The notes: generated by a model not told the origin, from the letters alone. A stretch of 64,000 nucleotides of DNA from an uncultured cyanobacterium (GCA_963744145.1 CAVUSO010000001.1:2400001-2464000); one strand, 5' to 3'. Positions 40,223 to 51,013 are shown, counted from the stretch's first letter. A program made the numbers and translations.

Positions 40223-41097
40223 TAGCTTTCCCTCCTTTGTAGAACCCCTGTCATCTGAAATTTATGGATTGATGAATCTGTAAAAATTTCTTCCAAAACT
40301 TGAAAAGCTCCTTCTTTGGAAAGATTAAAATATTTTTGAGCTTCAGCGTTAATAGAATCAGTCTCTATTTGACAATCAAAGCCTTGAAACTGTTGTTCAT
40401 GTAGTTTACCTTGAAATAGTTCATAAACTTTATCGGTTAACTTGGCGACTTCATCCCGCCGATGAGAAATCCATAAAATCCCTGCTTGATTACAATTAGC
40501 AAGTCGTTGAATTTCGGACAATACAATTTGTTTACCTTCTTTGTCTAATCCTTCTGTTGCTTCATCTGCAATTAGCAACTGTGGTTTCTTAGCCAAAGCT
40601 AAAAATGCCATCAGTCTGATCCTTTGTCCTTTTGACAGCTTGCTAACATCAGATTCATAAAAACTAGGAATTTGTAGTCTTTGCTCAATTTCAATGTAAG
40701 CTAATCCTTTTAGCTCCTTTTGTTGCTGACATAGAGATTTAAAAATTTGCACAAGCTCTTTAACTAAAATTCCTGTTGGTAAGCCTAACTCTCCAGGGTA
40801 ATAAGAAGGATCACCTATGTAGCCTAGCTGGGGGTAATTATTGCCCCATAAAACTTTCTTTCCAAATAAATTGACAGTGCCGTTGTTAGGAAAGCATAAT
40901 CCTAGCAATAGTTTAATAATTGTAGATTTGCCGCAGCCATTTTCCCCAATCAGACCAATATTCTTACCCGGAAACAAACTTAATGAAATATTATCCAAAA
41001 GCTTATTCTGGCTTTTGGCATAGCTAAATGTAACATCTTTTAACTCAAATAATGGTTGTTGGCTTAGATGTGAGCCAGTTAAAGAACTTGGTTGCAT
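40222..41097 (-). CDS. ABC transporter ATP-binding protein
   Basis: GENGCGKS, LSKGQ, LIADE and SH; start probably ATG 41097. Confidence 0.88.
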   Translation of the reverse strand: MQPSSLTGSHLSQQPLFELKDVTFSYAKSQNKLLDNISLSLFPGKNIGLIGENGCGKSTIIKLLLGLCFPNNGTVNLFGKKVLWGNNYPQLGYIGDPSYYPGELGLPTGILVKELVQIFKSLCQQQKELKGLAYIEIEQRLQIPSFYESDVSKLSKGQRIRLMAFLALAKKPQLLIADEATEGLDKEGKQIVLSEIQRLANCNQAGILWISHRRDEVAKLTDKVYELFQGKLHEQQFQGFDCQIETDSINAEAQKYFNLSKEGAFQVLEEIFTDSSIHKFQMTGVLQRRES

Positions 41098-41218
41098 CAA
41101 TAGTGTTTCCTTGCTCTCATGCGTGTAATCCCGTTGTTGATCGTGAATATGTATTCTAGACAACATATTTGAGTTGCAACTTATAAATGGCTGACAGCTC
41201 CACAGTTCGATGTATATC

Positions 41219-41238
41219 AAAAAAAAAAAAAAAAAAAA
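41219..41238. repeat. A20 homopolymer
   Basis: 20 consecutive A upstream of the minus-strand ABC operon. Confidence 0.9.
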
Positions 41239-41399
41239 GTCTAGCTGTGGATTCAGGGTAAACGTATCTTATTTTTATAATGCTTACTGGAAAATGATTT
41301 CAGCAATTGTTAATTTTTGTTACTAAATTATGAAACTCTTACTAGAAAAGCAGCCTACTGGCGACATTCTGATTTCTCTAATTTGCCCCCAACTGCGGT

Positions 41400-41937
41400 G
41401 AGTAAAACTCTCTCCCGACTAGCAGAAGAAGGAGTTTTGGAGTGAGTCAGCAAGGGACTTTACTACCATTCGCGTCAGACTAAACATGGAACAACCTAGA
41501 AGCTACTGATGCAGCAATACTTGATTTCTTAAGGTCTAGAGGGAATTTGAGTGAGTTGTCTCCAAAAGAGACTAAGCAACGGTTACTGGACTATTTTCGA
41601 TCAAGCGATCGCTTTGAACAGTTAGTAGCAATTGCCGATGAGGAACCGCCGCGAGTACGAGCTATACTGGGAGCGATCGGACAGGAATTAGGTCAAAGTC
41701 TGAAAAAATTAGAAAAACTCAGAAATAGCTTAAATTCCTTATCTCGGTTTGATTTCGGTAAGTTAAGCAACCTGCGCTATGCCAAAGAGTGGCAAGGCGA
41801 ATGAAACTGTTTCAGCACAAATACAACCAAGTCTGATCACAGAATATAATCAGCAGTGTGGCAGACTATACTACGGAAATTATCCTACATGGAATGAGGT
41901 ACAAACCTGCTTTGAAGAAATTCGTAATTGGTTGTGA
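41400..41937 (+). pseudogene. Collapsed AbiEi/AbiEii-like (type IV TA) pair
   Basis: KTLSRLAEEGVLE*VSKGLYY wHTH remnant, PPRVRAILGAIG...AKEWQ C-terminus, then the MKLFQH start and YYGNYPTWNEV...WL* end of the partner. Confidence 0.55.
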
Positions 41938-42184
41938 AACCAGTATTTTAGTCCACCTCACAGCATTGACTTGAGATCCGAGTTACCTATCCTTTGTACA
42001 CCTTACGAATTGTAATAGTCAAAATAATCGGTGATGATGTCAAAGTTATCTGCTGGTGATTAACTATTTTCGATCAAGCGATCGCATTTGTGTGGTAGAC
42101 AGCGGATTCGGTGGTTGATGAAGTACAGTAAGATTTGGCATGAATGGCGATCGATCGGTTAAAGTCGCTTATGAGTGATCTGTG

Positions 42185-42440
42185 TTGGTTGGGCAGGTTT
42201 ATGATAGTTATCTGTTTGGAGCAGAATTGATTGGTGAACCTGCCCCTACAAATCCTGGTTGATTATGATCATAAATTCATTCATCTGCCCCTACAAATCC
42301 TGTTAATCTTGTAATCCTCTAATCCTGATCGATTTTTTGGTGAATCCCTGTAGGGGCGGGTTCACCGATGAACTTGCCACACACAAATAACCCTTGTGCC
42401 GAGCGCAGTCGAGGTATTAATGAACCCGCCCTGCCCCACA
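42185..42440. repeat. Cluster of REP/SDR palindromes
   Basis: gggcaggttt...aacctgcccctac, gtaggggcgggttca...tgaacccgccc, gccgagcgcagtcgagg. Confidence 0.65.
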
Positions 42441-42555
42441 GATCACCTTAATGAACTTCATAAACCTAGAATAACCTGTAACGATTGTACAACTACCACC
42501 ACCTTAACTGAAGTATTTTAAAAATCAGTAGAAGTAAAAATACATATTATTTAGT

Positions 42556-45096
42556 TTAGAGCATAATTTTCCCTAAACCAACTGCTAAAATTATAGTCGC
42601 TAAGTGTTGAAACCAAAGCGATTGCGCTACGCGCACGCTGTGCGAACGCATCGATTGACGAGCAATTTTTTGGGTTAATAACATTGTTAATAACACCGAA
42701 ACAATTAAGATCGTTCCCTGTAAAAACTCAACTACTGCTGGATCAGCTACCCAGACAGGTAACCCAGCACCATCTAATCCAAAAGTAGCTAAACTAACTG
42801 GTAAAATTTTTCCAGCTTCGGTTAAACCCAATTGTAAATAGTGGGCTAAATTTCCTCCTAATACTAATGGTAAATATCCATAAGCTAGCTCGGTAAAAGA
42901 ACGGGGTTTTAAAGGACCTTTAAATAACCAGATCAACCCATAAGCTAACAAGGGAATTAATGCTGGAATCGTTAAAACCAATATAGAAATTCCCAAATGG
43001 AGCCAAAATAAACTTAAATCCCCAGCTAATCCGAACCAGGATTGTAATTCTGGTAAATGATGTAAAAATACCCCATTTAATAACAATAGTAATAGTGCTA
43101 CTTCATAATCATGGGGTACATGAGTTGTCCAAAGTTCAATTCCCGGTGGACGCAAATTTAGTTCTACCGAACGATGGGGACAAGCTTTTAAACAAGTCAT
43201 ACACAATACACAATCTTTATTATCTTCTAACTGAGCAGGATGGGAATATAATGGACATCCCATTGTCTCTAAACCTTCTCCTTTTTGCGGACCTCCTTTA
43301 TAACATTGATAGGTAGTACATTCAGCTGAACAAGTTCCCTGTTGTGCCCTTAATTCAATCAAAGAAAGTTTAGCAAATAATCCATTCATGCCCCCAATTG
43401 GACATAAATATCGACACCAAAAGCGTCGCTCAAAAATAGCTGAAAAAATCATTGCTCCAGCAGTAATTAGTAATAGTAAACAAGCCGAAAGGTAAGCTGT
43501 ATTTGGTAAATCCCACAGCTCTTCCCATAAAAAAATTAAAGCAAATAAACCAAATAAAAACCAGCCACCATACTTTTCGGCTGTCTGCCGGGGCCAGTGT
43601 TTTAATTCACGGGGATATAACCATAAAGACAACTTCTGAGTAACTTCCCCATAAATCATAAAAGGACAAATTGAACACCACAATCGACCTACAAATGGAA
43701 AGCCAATTAATATTAATGGCCACCACCAAGCCCAGAAGATATTTAAGGCAAAATTATTAGTTCGATGTTGGGGACCAATAAATAAAATCGCCACAATAAT
43801 GGCAAAGAAAGTGAAAGTAAAACCATAATTAATGCGATCGGGCCACCAAGGACTACGCAGAAACCACCTTAATTGGGGATAGAGATTTAACAGATTCACC
43901 CGAAATAATTTTTTCTTAGTTTGGACTGACCAAAAAATTTCTTCAGTCAGGAGTTTGGCACCATTAGACTGAATTAGCGCTCGTTCAACTAAATTTTCTA
44001 ATTCTCGCAGATTATTGGGAAAATCATAGCTTTGTAAACGTCTTAAAGCTTCGGTAGTCATCCGAGGTTTATTGATATTTTTAGCTTGACACTGAAGACT
44101 GATATAATAATTTACTTGTGTTTCAATATCGGCTTTACGAACCCGTAAGGGTGGAATTTTAATTAAATGACCAGCCAGAGAGTCTATTTCTGGCATAATT
44201 TTTTCCGAAATCATAATTATTCTTGCCAGACAAGTAACTATTTCGGGTGATTCTGGAAGACGACTAATCGGAGTATAAGTACCAGTTTTGAGTAAATTAG
44301 CCAAGGGAGGTATTAATTCGGGCGACAGTTCTTGGATATTATTTAAAATAATCGTTCCTTGTCCTAAGCATTCTAATAATCCTGGTTTACCTCCGACTCG
44401 ACCAAATAATTCAGGACCGTGAGGTTGAAGTAGACCACAATCTACTTTAATAATTGGTTCTCGACGATTTGGAGAGCTAAAATGAATCAAAGCTGCTGTA
44501 TTATCTTTTTCTAGTCCTGGTTCACCAAAGATTAAAACTGGGTGATTATTCTCGGTGGCTTTTTTAATTTGTTGTCTTAATCTGATCGCATAGCGACTTT
44601 TACCAACAATTCCACGTTTCGCTTTGGTAATTAAATAGGGTCGGAGAGTAATTAGACGTTCTTGTTCGTAGGTAAGTTGGGATGAGATTTGGACGAGTTC
44701 CTCGGCTAATCTTTGGGAAAATATTTGGGTAATTTCTGGATATTCGCTCACTAATTGATGAAATTGCTCGGTACTAATAAACCAAAGATGACATTCCGTT
44801 TTACTAATAATGGTTCTCTGGGCTAGTTGCCCAAATAATAATTCTTGGAGATGAATGGTAGCACCAGTGAGTAAACTAATTGCCCAAATTGAGCCGATTT
44901 GATGGAGCCGATCGCCTTCAATTTGACCGGACTCCAATATGTATAATCCTGCTGGTGGGGTGTCTTCTAGGACCAAACGATGGTGAGCTGGGATCACTTG
45001 TTTCACTAACAGTGGGGCGATCGCAGTTAAGATATATTCAGGCAAAATGCCGATTTCAGTTCGCTCTTGGAGCCAAATCAGTAAAGTTGATGTCAT
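42556..45096 (-). CDS. cNMP-binding / sigma54-activator-like AAA / membrane 4Fe-4S domain protein
   Basis: GEPGLEKD, YDFPNNLRELEN, WCSICP, WCRYLCPIG and CVLCMTCLKACP motifs. Confidence 0.88.
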   Translation of the reverse strand: MTSTLLIWLQERTEIGILPEYILTAIAPLLVKQVIPAHHRLVLEDTPPAGLYILESGQIEGDRLHQIGSIWAISLLTGATIHLQELLFGQLAQRTIISKTECHLWFISTEQFHQLVSEYPEITQIFSQRLAEELVQISSQLTYEQERLITLRPYLITKAKRGIVGKSRYAIRLRQQIKKATENNHPVLIFGEPGLEKDNTAALIHFSSPNRREPIIKVDCGLLQPHGPELFGRVGGKPGLLECLGQGTIILNNIQELSPELIPPLANLLKTGTYTPISRLPESPEIVTCLARIIMISEKIMPEIDSLAGHLIKIPPLRVRKADIETQVNYYISLQCQAKNINKPRMTTEALRRLQSYDFPNNLRELENLVERALIQSNGAKLLTEEIFWSVQTKKKLFRVNLLNLYPQLRWFLRSPWWPDRINYGFTFTFFAIIVAILFIGPQHRTNNFALNIFWAWWWPLILIGFPFVGRLWCSICPFMIYGEVTQKLSLWLYPRELKHWPRQTAEKYGGWFLFGLFALIFLWEELWDLPNTAYLSACLLLLITAGAMIFSAIFERRFWCRYLCPIGGMNGLFAKLSLIELRAQQGTCSAECTTYQCYKGGPQKGEGLETMGCPLYSHPAQLEDNKDCVLCMTCLKACPHRSVELNLRPPGIELWTTHVPHDYEVALLLLLLNGVFLHHLPELQSWFGLAGDLSLFWLHLGISILVLTIPALIPLLAYGLIWLFKGPLKPRSFTELAYGYLPLVLGGNLAHYLQLGLTEAGKILPVSLATFGLDGAGLPVWVADPAVVEFLQGTILIVSVLLTMLLTQKIARQSMRSHSVRVAQSLWFQHLATIILAVGLGKIML

Positions 45097-45218
45097 GGGG
45101 ATCTAATCTAAACATCATTACTATTATTCAATGGATTGCCTCCCAAAAATTTGATTGTTACAATTACTAATAATATCCATTAATTATCCTGATTAATCAA
45201 CCCAAAGGTCAGCCAAAA

Positions 45219-45320
45219 ATGAATTTAACCAGTACAGAAATTACCAATCTCTGGGTTCCTTTACTTCTCCTCAGTTTCATCATCATCGCAGCTATTTTTT
45301 TCAGTTATAGCAGTAAATAA
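45219..45320 (+). CDS. Possible 33-aa single-TM peptide
   Basis: MNLTSTEITNLWVPLLLLSFIIIAAIFFSYSSK, upstream of the metal ABC operon. Confidence 0.35.
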   Translation: MNLTSTEITNLWVPLLLLSFIIIAAIFFSYSSK

Positions 45321-45401
45321 ATCAAGTTTATGCCCCCAGAGGGGATTGCAATTTGAAAAAAAAGAGAGTCTACTGATAACTTGTTCTCTCCAGTTGACTA
45401 T

Positions 45402-46460
45402 ATGAAAAGACTTTTTGTCCTGGTTTTCGGTATTAGTTTATTCGCGATCGCTTGTAGTAAATCCCAAAATCAAGCCAATCCTCCTAGTCCTTCAACCTCC
45501 AATCCTCCACCCTCAGTCGCTAGTCAAACTCAAAAGAAACCTTTAGTAGTAACAACTGTAGCTCCTCTGACTAATATTGTTAGTAATATTGCGGGCGATC
45601 GGCTCGAAGTCAAGGGTATCATCCCGGAAGGAACCGATTCCCATACCTTTGAACCCCGTCCCTCCGATGCAGATTTATTAGCTAAAGCTAACCTGATTAT
45701 TGCTAATGGTTTATCCTTAGAAACTCCCACCGAAAAACTTGCTAATTCTGCTAAACCAAAGGAAACAAAAATCTATGAATTAGGTGAGAACACTATTACT
45801 AAAGATCAATGGATGTTTGATTTTAGCTTTCCCAAGGAAAAAGGGGAACCTAACCCCCATTTGTGGGTCAATCCCAAATATGCAGAAAATTATGCTAAAC
45901 TAGCTGCTAAGTGGTTAACCGAACTCGATCCAGCTGGTAAAGATTATTATGCCAATAACTTGAAAAATTACCTCCAAAGACTCGAAGAGTTAGATCAAGT
46001 AACTAGAGCTGTAGTAGAAAGTATACCCCCAGAAAATCGGAAACTACTCACTTATCACGATTCTTGGGCTTATTGGTCGAGGGAATACAATTTTCAAGTA
46101 ATTGGAGCAATTCAACCCTCAGATTTTAAAGAGCCTTCTGCTCAAGAAGTAGCTAAATTAATTGACCAAATTCATGCTGAAAAAGTTCCAGCTATTTTTG
46201 GCTCTGAAGTTTATCCGAGTAAAGTGGAAGAACAAATTGCTCGTGAAGCAAAAGTCAAAACTGCTAATACTGCTGATGATGAATTACCAGGAGAGGGTTC
46301 AGCTAATGCAATGGAAGATAAAAACCCTCAACATACCTATATTGGGATGATGGCAAATAATATGAAACTTTTTGCCGAAAATTTAGGAGGAAACCCTGAT
46401 TTAGTCAAAAAAATTAACCCTGCTAATGTAGTCGGTCCGACTGCTACTTCTCCTAAATAA
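45402..46460 (+). CDS. Mn/Zn ABC transporter substrate-binding lipoprotein
   Basis: AIAC lipobox; DSHTFEP, NPHLW and TYHDSW metal ligands. Confidence 0.92.
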   Translation: MKRLFVLVFGISLFAIACSKSQNQANPPSPSTSNPPPSVASQTQKKPLVVTTVAPLTNIVSNIAGDRLEVKGIIPEGTDSHTFEPRPSDADLLAKANLIIANGLSLETPTEKLANSAKPKETKIYELGENTITKDQWMFDFSFPKEKGEPNPHLWVNPKYAENYAKLAAKWLTELDPAGKDYYANNLKNYLQRLEELDQVTRAVVESIPPENRKLLTYHDSWAYWSREYNFQVIGAIQPSDFKEPSAQEVAKLIDQIHAEKVPAIFGSEVYPSKVEEQIAREAKVKTANTADDELPGEGSANAMEDKNPQHTYIGMMANNMKLFAENLGGNPDLVKKINPANVVGPTATSPK

Positions 46461-46483
46461 CCTAACTCGCACCAAATTAAACC

Positions 46484-47305
46484 ATGAACTATGAACCGCT
46501 ATTAGAAGTAAGAAACCTCGTTTGTGGCTATGAAAATCAGTTGATCTTTTCAGATGTAAATTTGAAATTATATCCAGGTCAACTCTCCGGTTTAGTCGGT
46601 CCTTCCGGGAGCGGGAAAACCACTTTACTCAAAGCAATTTTGGGTTTAGTACCGATTTGGTCTGGGGAAATTTGGTGCCGAGGAAAACTGTTAAAATCAG
46701 GTACAGCTCCTCCTCAAGTGGGATATGTACCTCAAGTAGAAACTATTGATTGGAGTTTTCCGGTTACTGTCGAAGAAGTAGTGATGATGGGGCGCTATCG
46801 ACAACAAAAAATTTGGCCCTGACATTCTAAAAGCGATCGGGAAACTGCTCGGGAATTATTAAGTCGAGTTGGGATTGAACATCTTGCTAGTCAATCAATT
46901 GGTAAACTATCCGGTGGTCAGCAACAACGAGTATTTTTAGCTAGAGCTTTAGTCGGAAATCCTGATCTAGTTCTGTTAGATGAACCCACCAGTAGTTCTG
47001 ATTTAAAAGTTCAACATGAACTCTTACATTTATTAGCAGACCTCAATCAACAAGGTTTAACCATTTTACTTTCTACCCATGATCTTAATTCTGTTGCTAC
47101 TCATTTACCTTGGGTCATTTGTTTTAATCATGGCTTAATCTGTCAAGGTCAACCGATCGATATTTTTACAACTAGTAATCTCCAGAAAACCTTTGGAGCA
47201 GCAATGATAGTATTACATCATGAAGAGCGCATTATTATTGCTAGTGATATGACTTCTGTTCGTCATCAAATGCAATCTCATCTACCAGCAATCTTACGAT
47301 CATAA
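46484..47305 (+). pseudogene. Metal ABC transporter ATPase with an in-frame TGA
   Basis: GPSGSGKT, then TGA at 46820-46822; the same frame continues LSGGQQQR...LLDEPT...THD to 47305. Confidence 0.88.
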
Positions 47306-47310
47306 TTATC

Positions 47311-48171
47311 ATGGAACTTCTCTTAAAACCTTTTCAGTATGATTTTTTTACTCGGGCGATGTTAGTCGCCATGATGGCAGGTTTATTATGTGGTGTTATG
47401 GGAGTCTATATTACTACTAAACGCATGAGTTATATTGCTCATGGACTTTCCCACGCGATTTTAGGTGGAGCAGTTTTTAGCTATGTTTTAGGATTAAATT
47501 TCTATATTGGTTCAGGAATTTGGGGATTCCTAGCAGCTTTATTAATTCAATATTTGAGTAGTCGTAAAATTTACTCAGATGCGGCGATCGGGATTGTGAC
47601 TACAGCTAGTTTTGCTTTCGGAGTCGCAATTATTAGTAGTTATCGCAAGTTTACCCAAAATTTTGAAGCAGCTTTATTTGGTAATGTGCTGGGAGTAGCA
47701 CCAACAGATTTATGGATTGTTGGGATAGTTACAGTAGTCCTGTTAACGATAGTTTTTTTATTTTATCGACCGTTATTATTTTGGTCTTTCGATCGCGAAG
47801 TTGCCAAAGTTTATGGAGTACCAGTTGTCGCGATCGATATTCTGTTTGCGCTGATGTTAGCAACTTTATTAGTCACCACTTTACAGGTATTGGGAGTAAC
47901 ATTAATTATTTCTGCTGTCGTTATTCCCGCTTCCATAGCGCGACTTTTGAGCGATCGCTTTGGTTATATGATGATTATTTCTGGCATTTTAGGAGCTGTA
48001 ACTGCATTCATTGGTATTTATTTTAGCTACTACCTAGATATTGCTTCTGGTGCTAGTGTAGTTTTACTATCCACATTAATATTTAGTTTAGTTCTCCTCT
48101 GGAGTAATTATTATCGTTCTCGTCAACGTCCAATCTTTCCTTTTGATGCGACTAAAAATTTATATGAATAA
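47311..48171 (+). CDS. Metal ABC transporter permease (ABC-3)
   Basis: HGLSHAILGG, DAAIGI and LFGNVL; multiple TM segments. Confidence 0.92.
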   Translation: MELLLKPFQYDFFTRAMLVAMMAGLLCGVMGVYITTKRMSYIAHGLSHAILGGAVFSYVLGLNFYIGSGIWGFLAALLIQYLSSRKIYSDAAIGIVTTASFAFGVAIISSYRKFTQNFEAALFGNVLGVAPTDLWIVGIVTVVLLTIVFLFYRPLLFWSFDREVAKVYGVPVVAIDILFALMLATLLVTTLQVLGVTLIISAVVIPASIARLLSDRFGYMMIISGILGAVTAFIGIYFSYYLDIASGASVVLLSTLIFSLVLLWSNYYRSRQRPIFPFDATKNLYE

Positions 48172-48245
48172 TGAATCAAAAAGTAACTGCTGGAGTTAAG
48201 TTTTCAGATTTCAATGGTTTAAGTTTTAATTCAGGTGTAGAAGTA

Positions 48246-49091
48246 TCAAACATCGACATAGTTGAATAGACAGGATTTTAATTCACTGATCGTCTTAGGG
48301 GGTGATATTTGTGAGCAACGCAGATGAGCAGGAATGGATTCCCAGATCTCTAACAGCATAGGAATATCCAGTTGCAATTGTTCTATTATTGTCCGATGAG
48401 CGAAAATTTCATCGGTTTGACCTGATAATACTAACTGTCCCTCATGCAATACAAATACCAAATCTGCCCAGGAATAAGCTAGATCCAGGTTATGAGTTGC
48501 CATTACGATTGTAGTGCCTTGGGTATGAATTCGATCTAATTCTTGCAGTAAATTACGAGTTTGTCTTCCATCAAGATAAGCAGTGGGTTCATCCAGCAAA
48601 AGTAATTCCGGTTGAAGCGTCATTACTCCTGCTAGAGCAACTCGCCGTTTTTGTCCTAAACTAAGATGGTGCAGAGGTTTATCTGCGATGTCTTGCAGGG
48701 CAAAATCTACTAGGGTTTGGTGCAGTCGTTTTTCAATCACTGTTGTAGGTAATTGTAAATTACACAATCCGTAGGAAATATCTTCAGCAACAGTTCCAGC
48801 AACTAATTGTTTTTCAGGATCTTGAAATCCTAGCCCAATCCGTTGTCGCCATTGATTGAGGGAACGGGAATTATAAACAAGGGGTTTTGTTTTCCAGGAA
48901 ATAGTACCGCGATCGGGTTTATATAGTCCGTCAGCAAGACACAGCAATGTTGATTTACCACAACCATTATGTCCGATCAGTACGCTTTTTTTACCAGAGG
49001 GAATGGTTAAAGATAGATGATTCAGGGCAGGTTGTTTAGTGCTAGGATAGGTATAAGAAATTTCGTCAAATTGCAGGAGAGGAATAGACAT
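48246..49091 (-). CDS. cbiO: Cobalt ECF transporter ATPase
   Basis: GHNGCGKS, FQDPE and LSLGQKRR; operon context. Confidence 0.88.
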   Translation of the reverse strand: MSIPLLQFDEISYTYPSTKQPALNHLSLTIPSGKKSVLIGHNGCGKSTLLCLADGLYKPDRGTISWKTKPLVYNSRSLNQWRQRIGLGFQDPEKQLVAGTVAEDISYGLCNLQLPTTVIEKRLHQTLVDFALQDIADKPLHHLSLGQKRRVALAGVMTLQPELLLLDEPTAYLDGRQTRNLLQELDRIHTQGTTIVMATHNLDLAYSWADLVFVLHEGQLVLSGQTDEIFAHRTIIEQLQLDIPMLLEIWESIPAHLRCSQISPPKTISELKSCLFNYVDV

Positions 49092-49104
49092 AAATTAATA
49101 AAAT

Positions 49105-49893
49105 CTAAAATCTAAGGTCTAAAATGATTAAGCCTGTACAACCTAACAAGGATTCCATCGCATAACGTCTAGAGTAGTGATAGGAGTTATTTGATTGCAC
49201 TCGAAACTCTCCATTGAATCCCCGTGCTGCTAGTGCTAGGGAAAGTTGTTGGTAGTGTTGCAGCGATCGCACTAATAGTTGACTTCCCAGTAATCCAACA
49301 CTATACATCCAACGTTGCCTTGTCCGATATCCTCCTCTTGCTGTTTGTGCTAGTTGCAGTTCAGTTACCACATCTAGAAATAAGAACACAAACCGATACA
49401 TTAACATTAATAGTTCAGTTAAAATGCTAGGAATTCGCCACTGTCTCAGCACTTGTAATAGATCGGTGAAAGGGATGGTGAATAGGACAAATAATAAACA
49501 GGATGTGCAAGCAAGCGATCGCATTCCAATCTGGAGTGCTTGAGTTAATCCATTTCTGCTTAAAAATATATACCATTTACCCAATTCTATGCCGCTAATT
49601 TGATCTATTTGGACGGAGGTGATCTGTTCTACGGAGACAATTTCTAAGATTAATGCTGGCATACTGGTTAAGAGAAATATTCCGGCGATCGTTAATACTC
49701 GTAGATAAATCTTTCCGGGAATTCTTGCATAGCCAATAGTCCATACTCCTAGCCATAGACTAATTAATAGTTGGGTGGTTGGATGGGTGATCATGGCGAT
49801 GAGTAATGTGGCGATCGCAAATAAGAGTTTTTGTTGTGGTGAAACTAACCGCAAGCGATTTGTATAGGTATAGAGGTCAAGATGATGGTGCAT
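49105..49893 (-). CDS. cbiQ: Cobalt ECF transporter T component
   Basis: LMYRF...ARG...ARGF motifs. Confidence 0.9.
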   Translation of the reverse strand: MHHHLDLYTYTNRLRLVSPQQKLLFAIATLLIAMITHPTTQLLISLWLGVWTIGYARIPGKIYLRVLTIAGIFLLTSMPALILEIVSVEQITSVQIDQISGIELGKWYIFLSRNGLTQALQIGMRSLACTSCLLFVLFTIPFTDLLQVLRQWRIPSILTELLMLMYRFVFLFLDVVTELQLAQTARGGYRTRQRWMYSVGLLGSQLLVRSLQHYQQLSLALAARGFNGEFRVQSNNSYHYSRRYAMESLLGCTGLIILDLRF

Positions 49894-49929
49894 TATTGGT
49901 TTACAGAAGGAGGAGGATGTTTATTTTTT

Positions 49930-50235
49930 TTATTGCTTTTTTGTTGATTCTGATTGTTCGCTTCTGCCGCGATATAGTCCTATTACATAACCGATGATGC
50001 CAGATCCTATTGCTGCTTGGGATGCAAATAAAAAACTCTCTACTTCTCCACTAGGTGGTTCAAACAGAGGTTTAAACCAGGGTTTATATCCGGGTTGGAC
50101 TTCGCTGATCGCTTTTTCAGCACGGTCATCTGAGCCACCAAATTCTCCTCGGACAAAGATCAGGGGAATTAAAGCTAGAATTAAGACTGCGATCGCTAAT
50201 AGCCAATTATGATTTTTAGTCGGTTGTTTATTCAT
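49930..50235 (-). CDS. cbiN: Cobalt transport protein CbiN
   Basis: FGGSD...[21 protein letters not shown]. Confidence 0.92.
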   Translation of the reverse strand: MNKQPTKNHNWLLAIAVLILALIPLIFVRGEFGGSDDRAEKAISEVQPGYKPWFKPLFEPPSGEVESFLFASQAAIGSGIIGYVIGLYRGRSEQSESTKKQ

Positions 50236-50980
50236 GTTTGAGTAGTTTCAGGGTTTCTAAATCTTGACGACCGTAGGATTGCAGCCAATTCCATACTAAT
50301 ACTGTTAGTAATCCTTCACTGATTGCTAAGGGGAATTGTGTTACTGCAAAGATACCCGCAAATTTAAGAAATGCGGCGATAAAACCACCCTGAACCGCAG
50401 GAAATGCTAAAGCTAATTGAATTGAGGTGGTGATATAGGTAAGCAAATCTTCTAAGGTTGAGGCGAGGAAGATTGCTATTTTTTGATGCCCGGTTTGTAA
50501 GACTAGGTGATAAACTCCATAGGCTACAAAAGGACCGACGATCGCCATTGAAAACGCATTAGCACCGAGGGTGGTTAAACCACCGTGGGCTAGTAATAAT
50601 GCCTGGAATAGTAAGACTAAACCCCCTAAGACTGACATTACTGAAGGACCAAATAGAATTGCGCCTAGTCCTGTTCCTGTGGGGTGTGAGCAACTACCTG
50701 TTACGGATGGGATCTTTAAAGCGGATAGGACAAAGGTGAAGGCTCCAGCTAGGGCGAGTAGGGGTTTGAGCTCTGGATTTGTTTTCGTGATGTGAGTTAG
50801 CGATCGCCATCCCAGTAGAAAAAATGGCAATGCTACAATCCACCAAAACACTGCCCATTGCCAAGGTAGAAAGCCTTCCATGATGTGCATTGCCTGGGCA
50901 GGTTCTGCTGAACCGATTACTAAATAAAATGTAAGTCCTACCATCCCAGTAAGACTACCAATATATCGATACCGTCTCAT
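50228..50980 (-). CDS. cbiM: Cobalt ECF S component
   Basis: Signal peptide, then [17 protein letters not shown]. Confidence 0.95.
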   Translation of the reverse strand: MRRYRYIGSLTGMVGLTFYLVIGSAEPAQAMHIMEGFLPWQWAVFWWIVALPFFLLGWRSLTHITKTNPELKPLLALAGAFTFVLSALKIPSVTGSCSHPTGTGLGAILFGPSVMSVLGGLVLLFQALLLAHGGLTTLGANAFSMAIVGPFVAYGVYHLVLQTGHQKIAIFLASTLEDLLTYITTSIQLALAFPAVQGGFIAAFLKFAGIFAVTQFPLAISEGLLTVLVWNWLQSYGRQDLETLKLLKHE

Positions 50981-51013
50981 CTGTACCTCGCAGATTCTTG
51001 AACGTCTGGTAGC

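Noticed and set aside
42556..45096. True sigma54 enhancer-binding protein
   Set aside because: The GAFTGA loop is absent and Walker A is degenerate (GEPGLEKD); cyanobacteria lack sigma54 and this architecture is a known conserved family
46820..46822. In-frame TGA as selenocysteine or programmed read-through
   Set aside because: The context (KIWP*HS) fits Trp rather than Cys and no SECIS-like hairpin is evident; a nonsense change or base error is simpler
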